56,219 nt of DNA from IMG/VR virus record IMGVR_UViG_3300045988_063094, positions 1-56,219 of that record. One strand, 5' to 3'. This document shows, one piece after another, positions 1 to 7,262 of this stretch. The DNA comes from a virus. How positions within the stretch are numbered: position 1 is the first letter of the stretch; each line of letters starts with the position of its first letter. The translations under genes were made by a program, and so were the position numbers. The notes under the pieces were generated by a model. That model made no database searches. It saw only the letters and a program-made list of their open reading frames with translations, and was not told the origin of the DNA.

Positions 1-67
1 AGAATCTTTTTTGCGCTTTTCTATTGCAAAAATGATTCTTTTGTGCTATAATTAAATCGCGGTAAGG
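1..67. repeat. 67-bp terminal direct repeat, identical to 56153..56219 (circular-closure overlap or terminal redundancy)
   Basis: The first 67 bases recur exactly as the last 67 bases of the window. Confidence 0.95.
24..52 (+). promoter_or_regulatory. sigma-70-like promoter for the 95..364 gene
   Basis: TTGCAA (24-29), 17-bp spacer, TATAAT (47-52), preceded by TGC (extended -10). Confidence 0.5.
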
Positions 68-94
68 AACACAAAATAAACGGAGGAACAAGCA

Positions 95-364
95 ATGACG
101 AAGTTTTATGACGGCAAGAAGATCCTGAGCATCTCCATGATGGATGACCGGACGGGAATCGACTTTGAGAACGAGTTCTTTGAGATTGGTCAGCTCCCTT
201 ACAACATGGAGCTGGATGCGAACAAGGTGGATGATGTCGATTATCTGATCGACTACGCCGTTACTTACGCAAACGGCACCAATACCGATTTTGAGTACCA
301 GTACGACGAGGACGGCAACCTGCTGGACGGATGCAGCGTGTCTTACACCGTCGAAGATATGTGA
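95..364 (+). CDS. small, strongly acidic protein (89 aa), stand-alone moron-like gene
   Basis: ATG with GGAGGA RBS. 14 Asp + 7 Glu against 4 Lys + 1 Arg. It has its own promoter and terminator and is the only plus-strand gene between minus-strand blocks. Confidence 0.6.
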   Translation: MTKFYDGKKILSISMMDDRTGIDFENEFFEIGQLPYNMELDANKVDDVDYLIDYAVTYANGTNTDFEYQYDEDGNLLDGCSVSYTVEDM

Positions 365-378
365 CCGAAACAACAAAA

Positions 379-412
379 CCCCCGGTGTCCACAGTGGACA
401 CCGGGGCTTTGT
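379..412. terminator. stem-loop terminator after 95..364
   Basis: CCCCGGTGTCCAC / GTGGACACCGGGG 13-bp arms, flanked by an A-run upstream and CTTTG downstream. Confidence 0.55.
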
Positions 413-491
413 CAAATATCCACCCTAATGCGCTTCTTCGAGAGGCCGGGAAGATTTGTTGATGTTATTATACCACAATTCGTGCAAAAAG

Positions 492-524
492 AAAAGCGGC
501 AGACCCGAAAGCCTGCCGCTTTTG
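492..524. terminator. bidirectional stem-loop terminator ending the minus-strand lysis-side operon
   Basis: AAGCGGCAG / CTGCCGCTT 9-bp stem, with an A-run on the left and a T-run on the right. Confidence 0.5.
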
Positions 525-574
525 AATTGCCTGAGCAGAAGCTCAAAGCTAATCCTATAACCATGATTAGTATA

Positions 575-742
575 TCACACATTCAGCATTTTTTCAATGC
601 CTTTCAGCCGGTAGCTTATCGCCGTCCGGCTGTAATGCGTCTGTGCTGCAATGTCCGGCAGCGGGAGCCGCTCAACGTACCGCAGTAAGGCTATCTTACG
701 GTCAACCCTCCCAAGCGGTGCAGTTTTGATGGCGGCGGTCAT
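575..742 (-). CDS. small sigma-70 region-4-like HTH protein (55 aa)
   Basis: C-terminal part of ORF 575..964. RKIALLRYVERLPLPDIAAQTHYSRTAISYRLKGIEKML resembles sigma region 4. The start codon is uncertain (742 or 799). Confidence 0.35.
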   Translation of the reverse strand: MTAAIKTAPLGRVDRKIALLRYVERLPLPDIAAQTHYSRTAISYRLKGIEKMLNV

Positions 743-752
743 CCTCTGTCTG

Positions 753-989
753 TCAAGTCCTCGCAGCGCAGCGGGCAGCACTACACGAGCCGCCGCCATG
801 AGCACCGAGCCAGAAAGGCTGCGGCAGCTGTCCAGCGTTGCGCACCATATTGCCAATGACGGCAAAATGGTATGTTTTCGTGAGGTCACGAAAACGTCCA
901 CAGACCATTTTCGTGACGTGCCGAAATTGCTCTTGTGTGGCGTACATTTTGCCATCACCGGCAAAATGGTCGTATGTAGTGCTTGCCAT
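753..989 (-). CDS. hypothetical protein (78 aa) downstream of the holin
   Basis: Internal ATG of ORF 753..1109 preceded by AAGGAGGA. Contains internal repeats HFAGDGKM / HFAVIGNM. Confidence 0.45.
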   Translation of the reverse strand: MASTTYDHFAGDGKMYATQEQFRHVTKMVCGRFRDLTKTYHFAVIGNMVRNAGQLPQPFWLGAHGGGSCSAARCAART

Positions 990-999
990 GATATCCTCC

Positions 1000-1338
1000 T
1001 TACTGCTTTTGCAGGGCTGCTCTTGCCCGGTCAAAGAAAAACTGGATGACCGTGCCGATGGTCTCATCGGTGATGGCCCACGAGATAAGTCTTCCCCACT
1101 TGCTGGCACTGAGGGCGGCCCGCAGGGTCTTTGTCACCCACGCTTTGCGCTCTGCGCCGCGCTTCGTACCCTGAATTTTATGCTCGGCCCGCTCGATGAG
1201 GTCAAGCACCAGAGGCTTCACGGCTGCGCCGTAGCCCAGCCGAATGCAGCCCAGGGCGTAAAAGATAAAGCCGCCCAGCATGAGCACGAGGGCCACCGGT
1301 ACGGGAATGACGCCCAAAATGTTATTGATTGTTGCCAT
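1000..1338 (-). CDS. holin-like membrane protein (LL-H-type layout)
   Basis: N-terminal TM segment, then a soluble tail with KRGAERKAWVTKTL. Sits in the lysis cassette next to the endolysin. Confidence 0.55.
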   Translation of the reverse strand: MATINNILGVIPVPVALVLMLGGFIFYALGCIRLGYGAAVKPLVLDLIERAEHKIQGTKRGAERKAWVTKTLRAALSASKWGRLISWAITDETIGTVIQFFFDRARAALQKQ

Positions 1339-1341
1339 GTA

Positions 1342-1599
1342 TTACTCTCCTTTCTCTTTTTCGAGGTCTGCAATGCGGTGGTTTGCCACCTTCATCTGTT
1401 CTTCAAGCACCGGGATGCGCTGGGCAAAATTGTTGTGTGTCCGGACTTCCCGGGTCAGCTCTTCCAGCTTGGTTTCGGTCACAGCCTGCTGCTTGTCCAG
1501 CTTGGCGTCCATGCTCTGGGCGGTGCGGTTGTTGGAGACGATCACGCCGATCAGGCTCAGACCGCCGGTAATAATGGCTACGATGACTGCTTCGCTCAT
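1342..1599 (-). CDS. small membrane coiled-coil protein, lysis accessory (XhlA-like?)
   Basis: N-terminal TM (VIVAIITGGLSLIGVIV) followed by a coiled coil. Overlaps the endolysin stop codon. Confidence 0.45.
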   Translation of the reverse strand: MSEAVIVAIITGGLSLIGVIVSNNRTAQSMDAKLDKQQAVTETKLEELTREVRTHNNFAQRIPVLEEQMKVANHRIADLEKEKGE

Positions 1600-2405
1600 G
1601 CGCCCTCCCGGAGACGGGTCAGGCCCTTCTTTTCGATGATGCGGGGGTAGTTGAGGGTAGTGACGTTGAGGTCTACGTCGCCGAATATGCCCGGCACAGC
1701 GCCTTTACTGGTGTGCTGGTGGGAGTTGTACTTAAAGGTAACAGCAGGTGGCTTGCCCGTATAGTCGGCCAGCCAGACGTCCCACCGAGAGGACAGCCGA
1801 GCCATGTCCAGCTCGTACTTGTAACCGGTGTAGGTGTACAGTTGGGCGTAAAAACCCATCCGCTCCACCTGTTCCAGCGCGTAGGCGGCAAGGTTGGACA
1901 GGTCAAGCGTGGACAGCTGCTTGAGCTTGTTCTCCTCCACGTCTACGCAAACGGGGAGAGAAAACTCCTTGCCGTACACCGCCTGCCGCACAAGGGAAAG
2001 CTCTGCATCGGCCATTGCCTCACTGGTGGCGTAGGTGTAGTAGTAGACACCCACGTCCAGCCCAGCCGCTTTGGCGTTTTTGTAGTTGGCCTCAAAGGTG
2101 GGGTCGATGTACAGCCCGTCTTCCCGCTTGGAGAGTTTGCGGTTGGTGCTCACGGTCTTGAGCATTGCCCCCTTGTAGCCAGCCGCTTTGACCTTGCGCC
2201 AGCCGTCGAGGGTGATTTTGCCCTGATACCGGCTCACGTCGATGTAGCGGTAGGGTGGTGCGCCCTCCCAGCCGGCCACAGTGTCCACTGTGGACACTTT
2301 TTCAAGAGCGGAGGCGTCCGGCTCCTCTGCCTTGTCTCCGGCAGCGTGAGAGAGGGCTGCCAGAAGCTTGGAGATAAAATCAAAAAGTGTTTTCATTCCA
2401 CGCAT
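1596..2405 (-). CDS. endolysin, glycoside hydrolase family 25 muramidase
   Basis: YIDVSRYQGKI..W..VKAAGYKGAMLK and DVGVYYYTYA are GH25-like motifs. Confidence 0.8.
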   Translation of the reverse strand: MRGMKTLFDFISKLLAALSHAAGDKAEEPDASALEKVSTVDTVAGWEGAPPYRYIDVSRYQGKITLDGWRKVKAAGYKGAMLKTVSTNRKLSKREDGLYIDPTFEANYKNAKAAGLDVGVYYYTYATSEAMADAELSLVRQAVYGKEFSLPVCVDVEENKLKQLSTLDLSNLAAYALEQVERMGFYAQLYTYTGYKYELDMARLSSRWDVWLADYTGKPPAVTFKYNSHQHTSKGAVPGIFGDVDLNVTTLNYPRIIEKKGLTRLREGA

Positions 2406-2407
2406 CC

Positions 2408-2560
2408 TTACTGCCCAATGGCTTCTTCGATTGCTTTCAGGTCGTCAGCGGTCAAGGCGGGGTAATCTGCCGCGATGTCCTCAAAGGTTTCGCCGTTGTT
2501 CAGCCGGATGCGGAATGCCCGCACCATGATGCGGAGCTTCAGGTTGTTTAGCGTCTTCAT
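2408..2560 (-). CDS. XkdX-like small tail-fibre-associated protein (50 aa)
   Basis: ATG with GGAGG RBS, below the ORF-track size cutoff. Ends ...LTADDLKAIEEAIGQ. Lies between the fibre genes and the endolysin. Confidence 0.4.
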   Translation of the reverse strand: MKTLNNLKLRIMVRAFRIRLNNGETFEDIAADYPALTADDLKAIEEAIGQ

Positions 2561-2564
2561 AATT

Positions 2565-2957
2565 TTAGCCTCCAATCAAATCGGCCATCATGAGTACGAG
2601 GTCATCGTTTGCAGCTTCAAGAGAGGTGAGCCGTTTTTCAGACTTGGCTTTAGCAGCTTCGTCCTCTGGAATTTCTCTCAAGATAAACTGCCACGTTCCG
2701 TCCGGGGTATCCGTTGGCTGCATGATTTGCACAAGCTCTGTATCGTGCAGGGTGTCTGGGTAAGCGCACCCGGTCATATCACCGTCGCTGGCGGCGATGT
2801 GGACTTCCGACAGCTTGCAGTTGAACATCTCTTCGGTGATCTCGGTTGCACTGTGGAACGTGTTGGCGCCGGGGTTCAGGGTCAAGCCCTCAATCAATTT
2901 CCCATTTGCAAGGGTGACTGTATAAGTTTTCATGACTATAAGGCTCCTTTCTATCAA
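2565..2957 (-). CDS. hypothetical tail-fibre-region protein
   Basis: 130-aa ORF tightly packed in the fibre cluster. Confidence 0.5.
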   Translation of the reverse strand: MIERSLIVMKTYTVTLANGKLIEGLTLNPGANTFHSATEITEEMFNCKLSEVHIAASDGDMTGCAYPDTLHDTELVQIMQPTDTPDGTWQFILREIPEDEAAKAKSEKRLTSLEAANDDLVLMMADLIGG

Positions 2958-2987
2958 TCCTGCGGTACAGGCCCGCAGGATGTTCGA

Positions 2988-3872
2988 TCAGCCGATCAGC
3001 CCGACGACGGGACGAACGCCACCGGCGCCCATGGCACCGCCGCAGTCCGCAGCGCCGTGTCTGCTGACATCCGCGAAACCGGCTGCCGAGACGACGTCTC
3101 GCAGCCAATACCAGTTCCTGTTACAGATCAGCCACGGGGCAAGGTGGAACAAAGGCAGCTGCGATTTGTCGATGGTGTAGTTACGGCAGGTGTCACTCGG
3201 GTCAGCGCCGTCCGGCATGGGGCTGAGCTGTCTGCCACCATAGACCATGTTCTCGTTCATCAGCTCCACCGTGCTGTCGTACCAGTCGGAGCCAGTGGGC
3301 TTTCCGTTGGTGACGGCATTCACCAGATACTGCCTATGGCTCAGGATGTGCGCGGAGCCAAACGCGCTGTTGATGGTGGTCTTTGCCTGCGTCAGACCGT
3401 TTTTGTACAGGTCAGAGCCAACGTAGCCGCCCTCGATCATGTCGGTCGGATTGAACTTGTAGGTGTACAGATTGTTCCGCGGCACAACAAGCAGATGGTT
3501 TGTGTTGCAGGCGGTGTCGCCGCAGAGCAACCAGTAGTTGAACGCGGCAATCAGATAGTCTACGCCGCCGATAGACCAGTAGTCTCCAAGGTACAAGTCT
3601 TTGAACGTGCCCGCCTTGATAGCTGCCCACTGCTCGCTCGTGACGCTGCCGCCCAGATTCTTGCCGCGGAACGTGGCGTTATGCGCGCCTGCGCCGTCGG
3701 GCACCATAATGCGGAGCATGGTGTCCTGCGACATATCCGGGTTTACGATGTTCAGATCAGACAGGACCTTTGCCAGCATTACGCGCTGGGTGCTGTTGCC
3801 CTGCAAGATAAGCTGGTCAGTTTTTGCTACCGTGCTTGCCTGCGGAAGGCTTGTAATGGGTACATTTGCCAT
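2988..3872 (-). CDS. putative tail fibre / receptor-binding protein
   Basis: 294-aa ORF directly after the repeat-rich fibre gene. N-terminus MANVPITSLPQ is typical of fibre proteins. Confidence 0.5.
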   Translation of the reverse strand: MANVPITSLPQASTVAKTDQLILQGNSTQRVMLAKVLSDLNIVNPDMSQDTMLRIMVPDGAGAHNATFRGKNLGGSVTSEQWAAIKAGTFKDLYLGDYWSIGGVDYLIAAFNYWLLCGDTACNTNHLLVVPRNNLYTYKFNPTDMIEGGYVGSDLYKNGLTQAKTTINSAFGSAHILSHRQYLVNAVTNGKPTGSDWYDSTVELMNENMVYGGRQLSPMPDGADPSDTCRNYTIDKSQLPLFHLAPWLICNRNWYWLRDVVSAAGFADVSRHGAADCGGAMGAGGVRPVVGLIG

Positions 3873-3884
3873 AATTTGTCCTCC

Positions 3885-4727
3885 TTAAATACGTTTGTTT
3901 GCGGTTAGCGCGTTGCCGTCCGATGCGCACAGCACGTCGCCGGTGCTGGTGTACAGCCCAAAGGTCAGGTTGCCGGTCACGAGCATCAGCATGATGCTGT
4001 CAAGCGCGTCACCGGTGGCCTTTGCGTCTGCGGGTGCGTCGGCGATGCTCAGGGTCTTATCCGTATTGGCTTTAGCTCCGGCCTCTTGAGAATAGCGCAG
4101 GGCGTTGGCCTCCGAGATGGCGGCGTTCGTTTCGCTGGTCTTCGCCGCGCTTGCGGAGGACGCGGCAGAGGACGCACTGGAAGCGGCCGCTTTCTGGCTG
4201 GCGGCGGCGTTGGTCTCGCTGATTTTGGCGGCGGTCTGGGACGCTTTGGCCGCTGACGCGCTGGATGCTGCGGCACTCTGGCTTTCGGATGCCGCAGATG
4301 CGCTTTTGGCGGCAGCTGTAGCACTGCTTGCGGCGGCGGTCTGGCTGGACTTTGCTTCCGCCGCAGACTTGGACGCTGCGCTTGCGCTGGATGCTGCGTT
4401 TTTTTCACTTGTTGCGGCAGATGCAGCTTTCGTATCCGCTCGTTTTGCGGAGTTTTCGGAGTTCTGAGCGCTTGTAGCAGCAGCGGACTCAGAACGGGCT
4501 GACGCGTCTTGAGAAGCTTTTGCGTTCTCTGCGGCTTTCTCTGCGGCTTCTTTCGCAATGTCCGCACCAGCAACATCACTCAGAGTATTCAGAGTGGCGG
4601 CGTTCATCGGAGTCCCTTCAACGACTGGCTCATCGTTGCGGATGAGCTTCACGACTTCGGCCGTATTATCTGCATGGATAATTGTCCACCGATTCGGATA
4701 CTTTGCTTGCCTGTCAACAAAGTGCAT
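3885..4727 (-). CDS. tail fibre protein with a long Ala/Ser-rich repeat region
   Basis: Start MHFVDRQAKYPNRW with GGAGGTG RBS. About 150 aa of SAA/KAS/TSETNAA-type quasi-repeats. Confidence 0.65.
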   Translation of the reverse strand: MHFVDRQAKYPNRWTIIHADNTAEVVKLIRNDEPVVEGTPMNAATLNTLSDVAGADIAKEAAEKAAENAKASQDASARSESAAATSAQNSENSAKRADTKAASAATSEKNAASSASAASKSAAEAKSSQTAAASSATAAAKSASAASESQSAAASSASAAKASQTAAKISETNAAASQKAAASSASSAASSASAAKTSETNAAISEANALRYSQEAGAKANTDKTLSIADAPADAKATGDALDSIMLMLVTGNLTFGLYTSTGDVLCASDGNALTANKRI

Positions 4728-5178
4728 AATAGGGTTCACCTCCACATATCGGCTCTGAGCAATAAAGCAAGCGGTCTTTTGCCAGCATTTCGACATCGAG
4801 CAAAATTTGTTCCACCTGATTTATCACGGTAAAATGCAAATAGTCCAGCTTTTCGGGCGTGTTTGGGCTGGAATCAACACCGTTACATCTTGCACGAAGG
4901 ATTTGGATGTTATCAATCCAACGTGCGGCATCCGCAGTAGTCAGATATCCATTTTCACCCCAGTCGGTTTTTACGGATACCGTTGCGTGAAGAACATCCG
5001 CGATTTCCTGAACGCCGCTTTCGATACGGTTGTAGTCGAGATAGCTCAGTGCGCCTTTCATGCCAGCGGCCCATTCAAGCTGTTCCCCTTCCGTCCATGT
5101 TCCGGCTTTTGCTTTTTCAGCAAGAGCCTTCACACGGTCAACATCCGATTGTGTCCGGTCGGTTATCCAGTTACTCAA
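4714..5178 (-). CDS. tail fibre/baseplate-associated protein
   Basis: 154-aa ORF between the Tal-position gene and the fibre gene. Confidence 0.5.
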   Translation of the reverse strand: MSNWITDRTQSDVDRVKALAEKAKAGTWTEGEQLEWAAGMKGALSYLDYNRIESGVQEIADVLHATVSVKTDWGENGYLTTADAARWIDNIQILRARCNGVDSSPNTPEKLDYLHFTVINQVEQILLDVEMLAKDRLLYCSEPICGGEPYYALC

Positions 5179-6866
5179 CGCACATCAGCTCCTTCCAAAA
5201 GGTATCCCTCCACCGTTCCATGGAAACAGCCAGAGTATTCATAGCTGAACCGAGTAGTCAGAAGAACAGAAGAGTATCCAAATTGATGATGAATCAGAAC
5301 GTAGTCCAAGGCATCGAAGTGTGGGCTTGCACGATAGCTCAGAGAAGCTTTCTTTCGGTTGGACAAAATCTTGTAAGCTTCGGTCAACGCATTTTTGGGC
5401 TGAGAAAGGATGCTTTCAGATAACATCTCGTTACTGATCGTTTGCGTTGCACCTTCACCAGAAGGATTGCTTGGATAAGAATGCTCTTTGCTCTCAGAGC
5501 TGCTTCCAGACTTCACGTTTACAGTACAAGAAACATTTTTGAGCGGAGAAGAGAAGGCAATTTCAGGCCAGCTGAAATTGTTGATGATTCCAATTTCACC
5601 AGCAAGATTTGAAGATGCGGTGGAAATATCCGGAATGCGGTCAAGCACGATGACGCCTTCGCGTGTCTGATACATTGCCATGCCAGTAGCATTTGCAACC
5701 ATCTGAAGAATATCCGAATCCTTGTAATCGCCCTTGCTCTGGCTTGTGATGTCCGTACTGTAATTTTTCAGTTCTTCCGAAATCCGGAATGTTGCAATGC
5801 TGTCGCTGAGAAGTTCCAGCGCATCGTATGCCATCTCATACAGTGTTCCGTACATACGGCCTGTGTAGTTGGAAACCATGAGATATGCAAACGCGTCACG
5901 CGCTGTAAAGCTTGCTTCGATGCTGTTTGCGGGAACGCTCCATTCCGACAAGAAGAACTTTCCACCGTCAATCCATTCGGTTGTGCCGTCAACATCCATT
6001 CCGTACTGAACAGAAATCTGTTGGCGTTCATACAGATACCGGTAAAGCCCTTCTGGGTTGATGGGGTTCCACTTCTGCTGGCTGTTATCGACTGTAAACG
6101 TAATGCTGTCGTTTGGTAACTGTCCACTGATCGGGTCGCGGGAAGACTCATGCGTGTACGAGAAAATGTCGTTCTTCTCGAACACAATGAACTGGCCGAG
6201 TTGGATTTTTTCCAAACGAGCGCGCCGGTTTGAAATACACCACGAGATGATTTCAAGAGATACTGAATCGTATCCGGAAATTTCCCACTCTACTTCAGAC
6301 AGAACGGAATCGTTGTTCTGAACCGTTTTTGTTGAAACGACCGCTTTCCCGGAATAGGCTGTCAGTTTGAAGCTGGTTGCCCACTCATTACACGTCTGCG
6401 ACCATGTGATCGTCACGCCCGGTATCTTGGCTGTGTGAAGTTTACTGAACGAAAGCGTGATTTTGGGGTGATAGCTGTCCGAAACACAAAACTCACTGAC
6501 ATAACCGGCTTCTTCCGGATAAATGAACAAATTGCAGAGAAGAACATCGTTATCGGATGTCGTCAAAGCATCATATTCAGGCGTTGTCAGCGTGTAAAGT
6601 GTACTTTCCGGAACATTCGCAAACGGGATTTGAAACGTTCCGTCAAGCGGAACAAAATTTAGCTCACCAGTAGCGTACTTTGTATAACCAAGGCTTTCGT
6701 TCTTTACAACGGACGAAACATCACTGAACGAGACCTCTCCGTTCGTGCTTGGAATTGCATCTTCCTGTAAGCCCGGTTCCGTAATTGCGTAGGTGATTTT
6801 TACGAATGTCTCCGGAACCAGTGTTTCGTTGAATTTGTCCAGCCATCTCTGAGAAGGTTGTACCAT
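5175..6866 (-). CDS. tail-tip protein (Tal position)
   Basis: 563-aa ORF, second gene downstream of the tape measure. Confidence 0.55.
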   Translation of the reverse strand: MVQPSQRWLDKFNETLVPETFVKITYAITEPGLQEDAIPSTNGEVSFSDVSSVVKNESLGYTKYATGELNFVPLDGTFQIPFANVPESTLYTLTTPEYDALTTSDNDVLLCNLFIYPEEAGYVSEFCVSDSYHPKITLSFSKLHTAKIPGVTITWSQTCNEWATSFKLTAYSGKAVVSTKTVQNNDSVLSEVEWEISGYDSVSLEIISWCISNRRARLEKIQLGQFIVFEKNDIFSYTHESSRDPISGQLPNDSITFTVDNSQQKWNPINPEGLYRYLYERQQISVQYGMDVDGTTEWIDGGKFFLSEWSVPANSIEASFTARDAFAYLMVSNYTGRMYGTLYEMAYDALELLSDSIATFRISEELKNYSTDITSQSKGDYKDSDILQMVANATGMAMYQTREGVIVLDRIPDISTASSNLAGEIGIINNFSWPEIAFSSPLKNVSCTVNVKSGSSSESKEHSYPSNPSGEGATQTISNEMLSESILSQPKNALTEAYKILSNRKKASLSYRASPHFDALDYVLIHHQFGYSSVLLTTRFSYEYSGCFHGTVEGYLLEGADVR

Positions 6867-6869
6867 GCG

Positions 6870-7247
6870 TTACACCTCCACCAGAGAAAGAGAACAATCC
6901 GTCCAACCCATTACATTTCCGTTCTTCGGGCTCCTGCGCCACATACCAGCTGTTCGGTCGGAAACGTACATTTGTCGGGTGTCATATCCTGCCTTTGTCT
7001 GGTTATAAAAACGTACAGTGCAGTAAAAGTTTGTAGTAAACAAACTCAGGATAGTTGCCCACTGCTGTGCGGTTAAATAGTTCCATTTCAGAGCAACCTT
7101 TGCAACATCGTGCCGCACAACAGCGCCAACCACTTTACCTTTTACGTTTCGTCCGGAATCCACAATGGTGCTTGTCGTCCCGCTATAAGAGGACGGCTCC
7201 GGAAGTTCTGTTCCGTTCACCGTAACCAAAGCAGGAATGCTTGCCAT
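6870..7247 (-). CDS. small distal-tail-position protein
   Basis: 125-aa ORF immediately downstream of the tape measure. Confidence 0.45.
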   Translation of the reverse strand: MASIPALVTVNGTELPEPSSYSGTTSTIVDSGRNVKGKVVGAVVRHDVAKVALKWNYLTAQQWATILSLFTTNFYCTVRFYNQTKAGYDTRQMYVSDRTAGMWRRSPKNGNVMGWTDCSLSLVEV

Positions 7248-7262
7248 AAGCCGTCACCTCCA

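Noticed and set aside
1-67. The terminal repeat as a biologically meaningful long terminal repeat or att site
   Set aside because: An exact end duplication of this length is the usual signature of an assembler closing a circular or terminally redundant molecule. Nothing in the sequence separates that from true direct terminal repeats, so I report it only as closure evidence.
575-964. The full 129-aa ORF as a single sigma-like protein
   Set aside because: Only the last 55 or so residues look like a sigma region-4 HTH. The upstream part overlaps a better-supported ORF (753..989) that has a strong RBS. I therefore split the region into two small genes, with low confidence.
2475-3908. 477-aa plus-strand ORF, and similar long antisense ORFs (16945..18354, 14674..15672, 1713..2465)
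   Set aside because: They lie antisense to well-supported structural genes (fibre, portal, capsid, endolysin), and their products have no recognisable features.
4049-4579. ORFs 4049..4579 (minus) and 4105..4467 (plus) in the fibre repeat region
   Set aside because: They are alternative frames of the Ala/Ser-coding low-complexity DNA. The fibre frame has the proper start, RBS and flanking domains.
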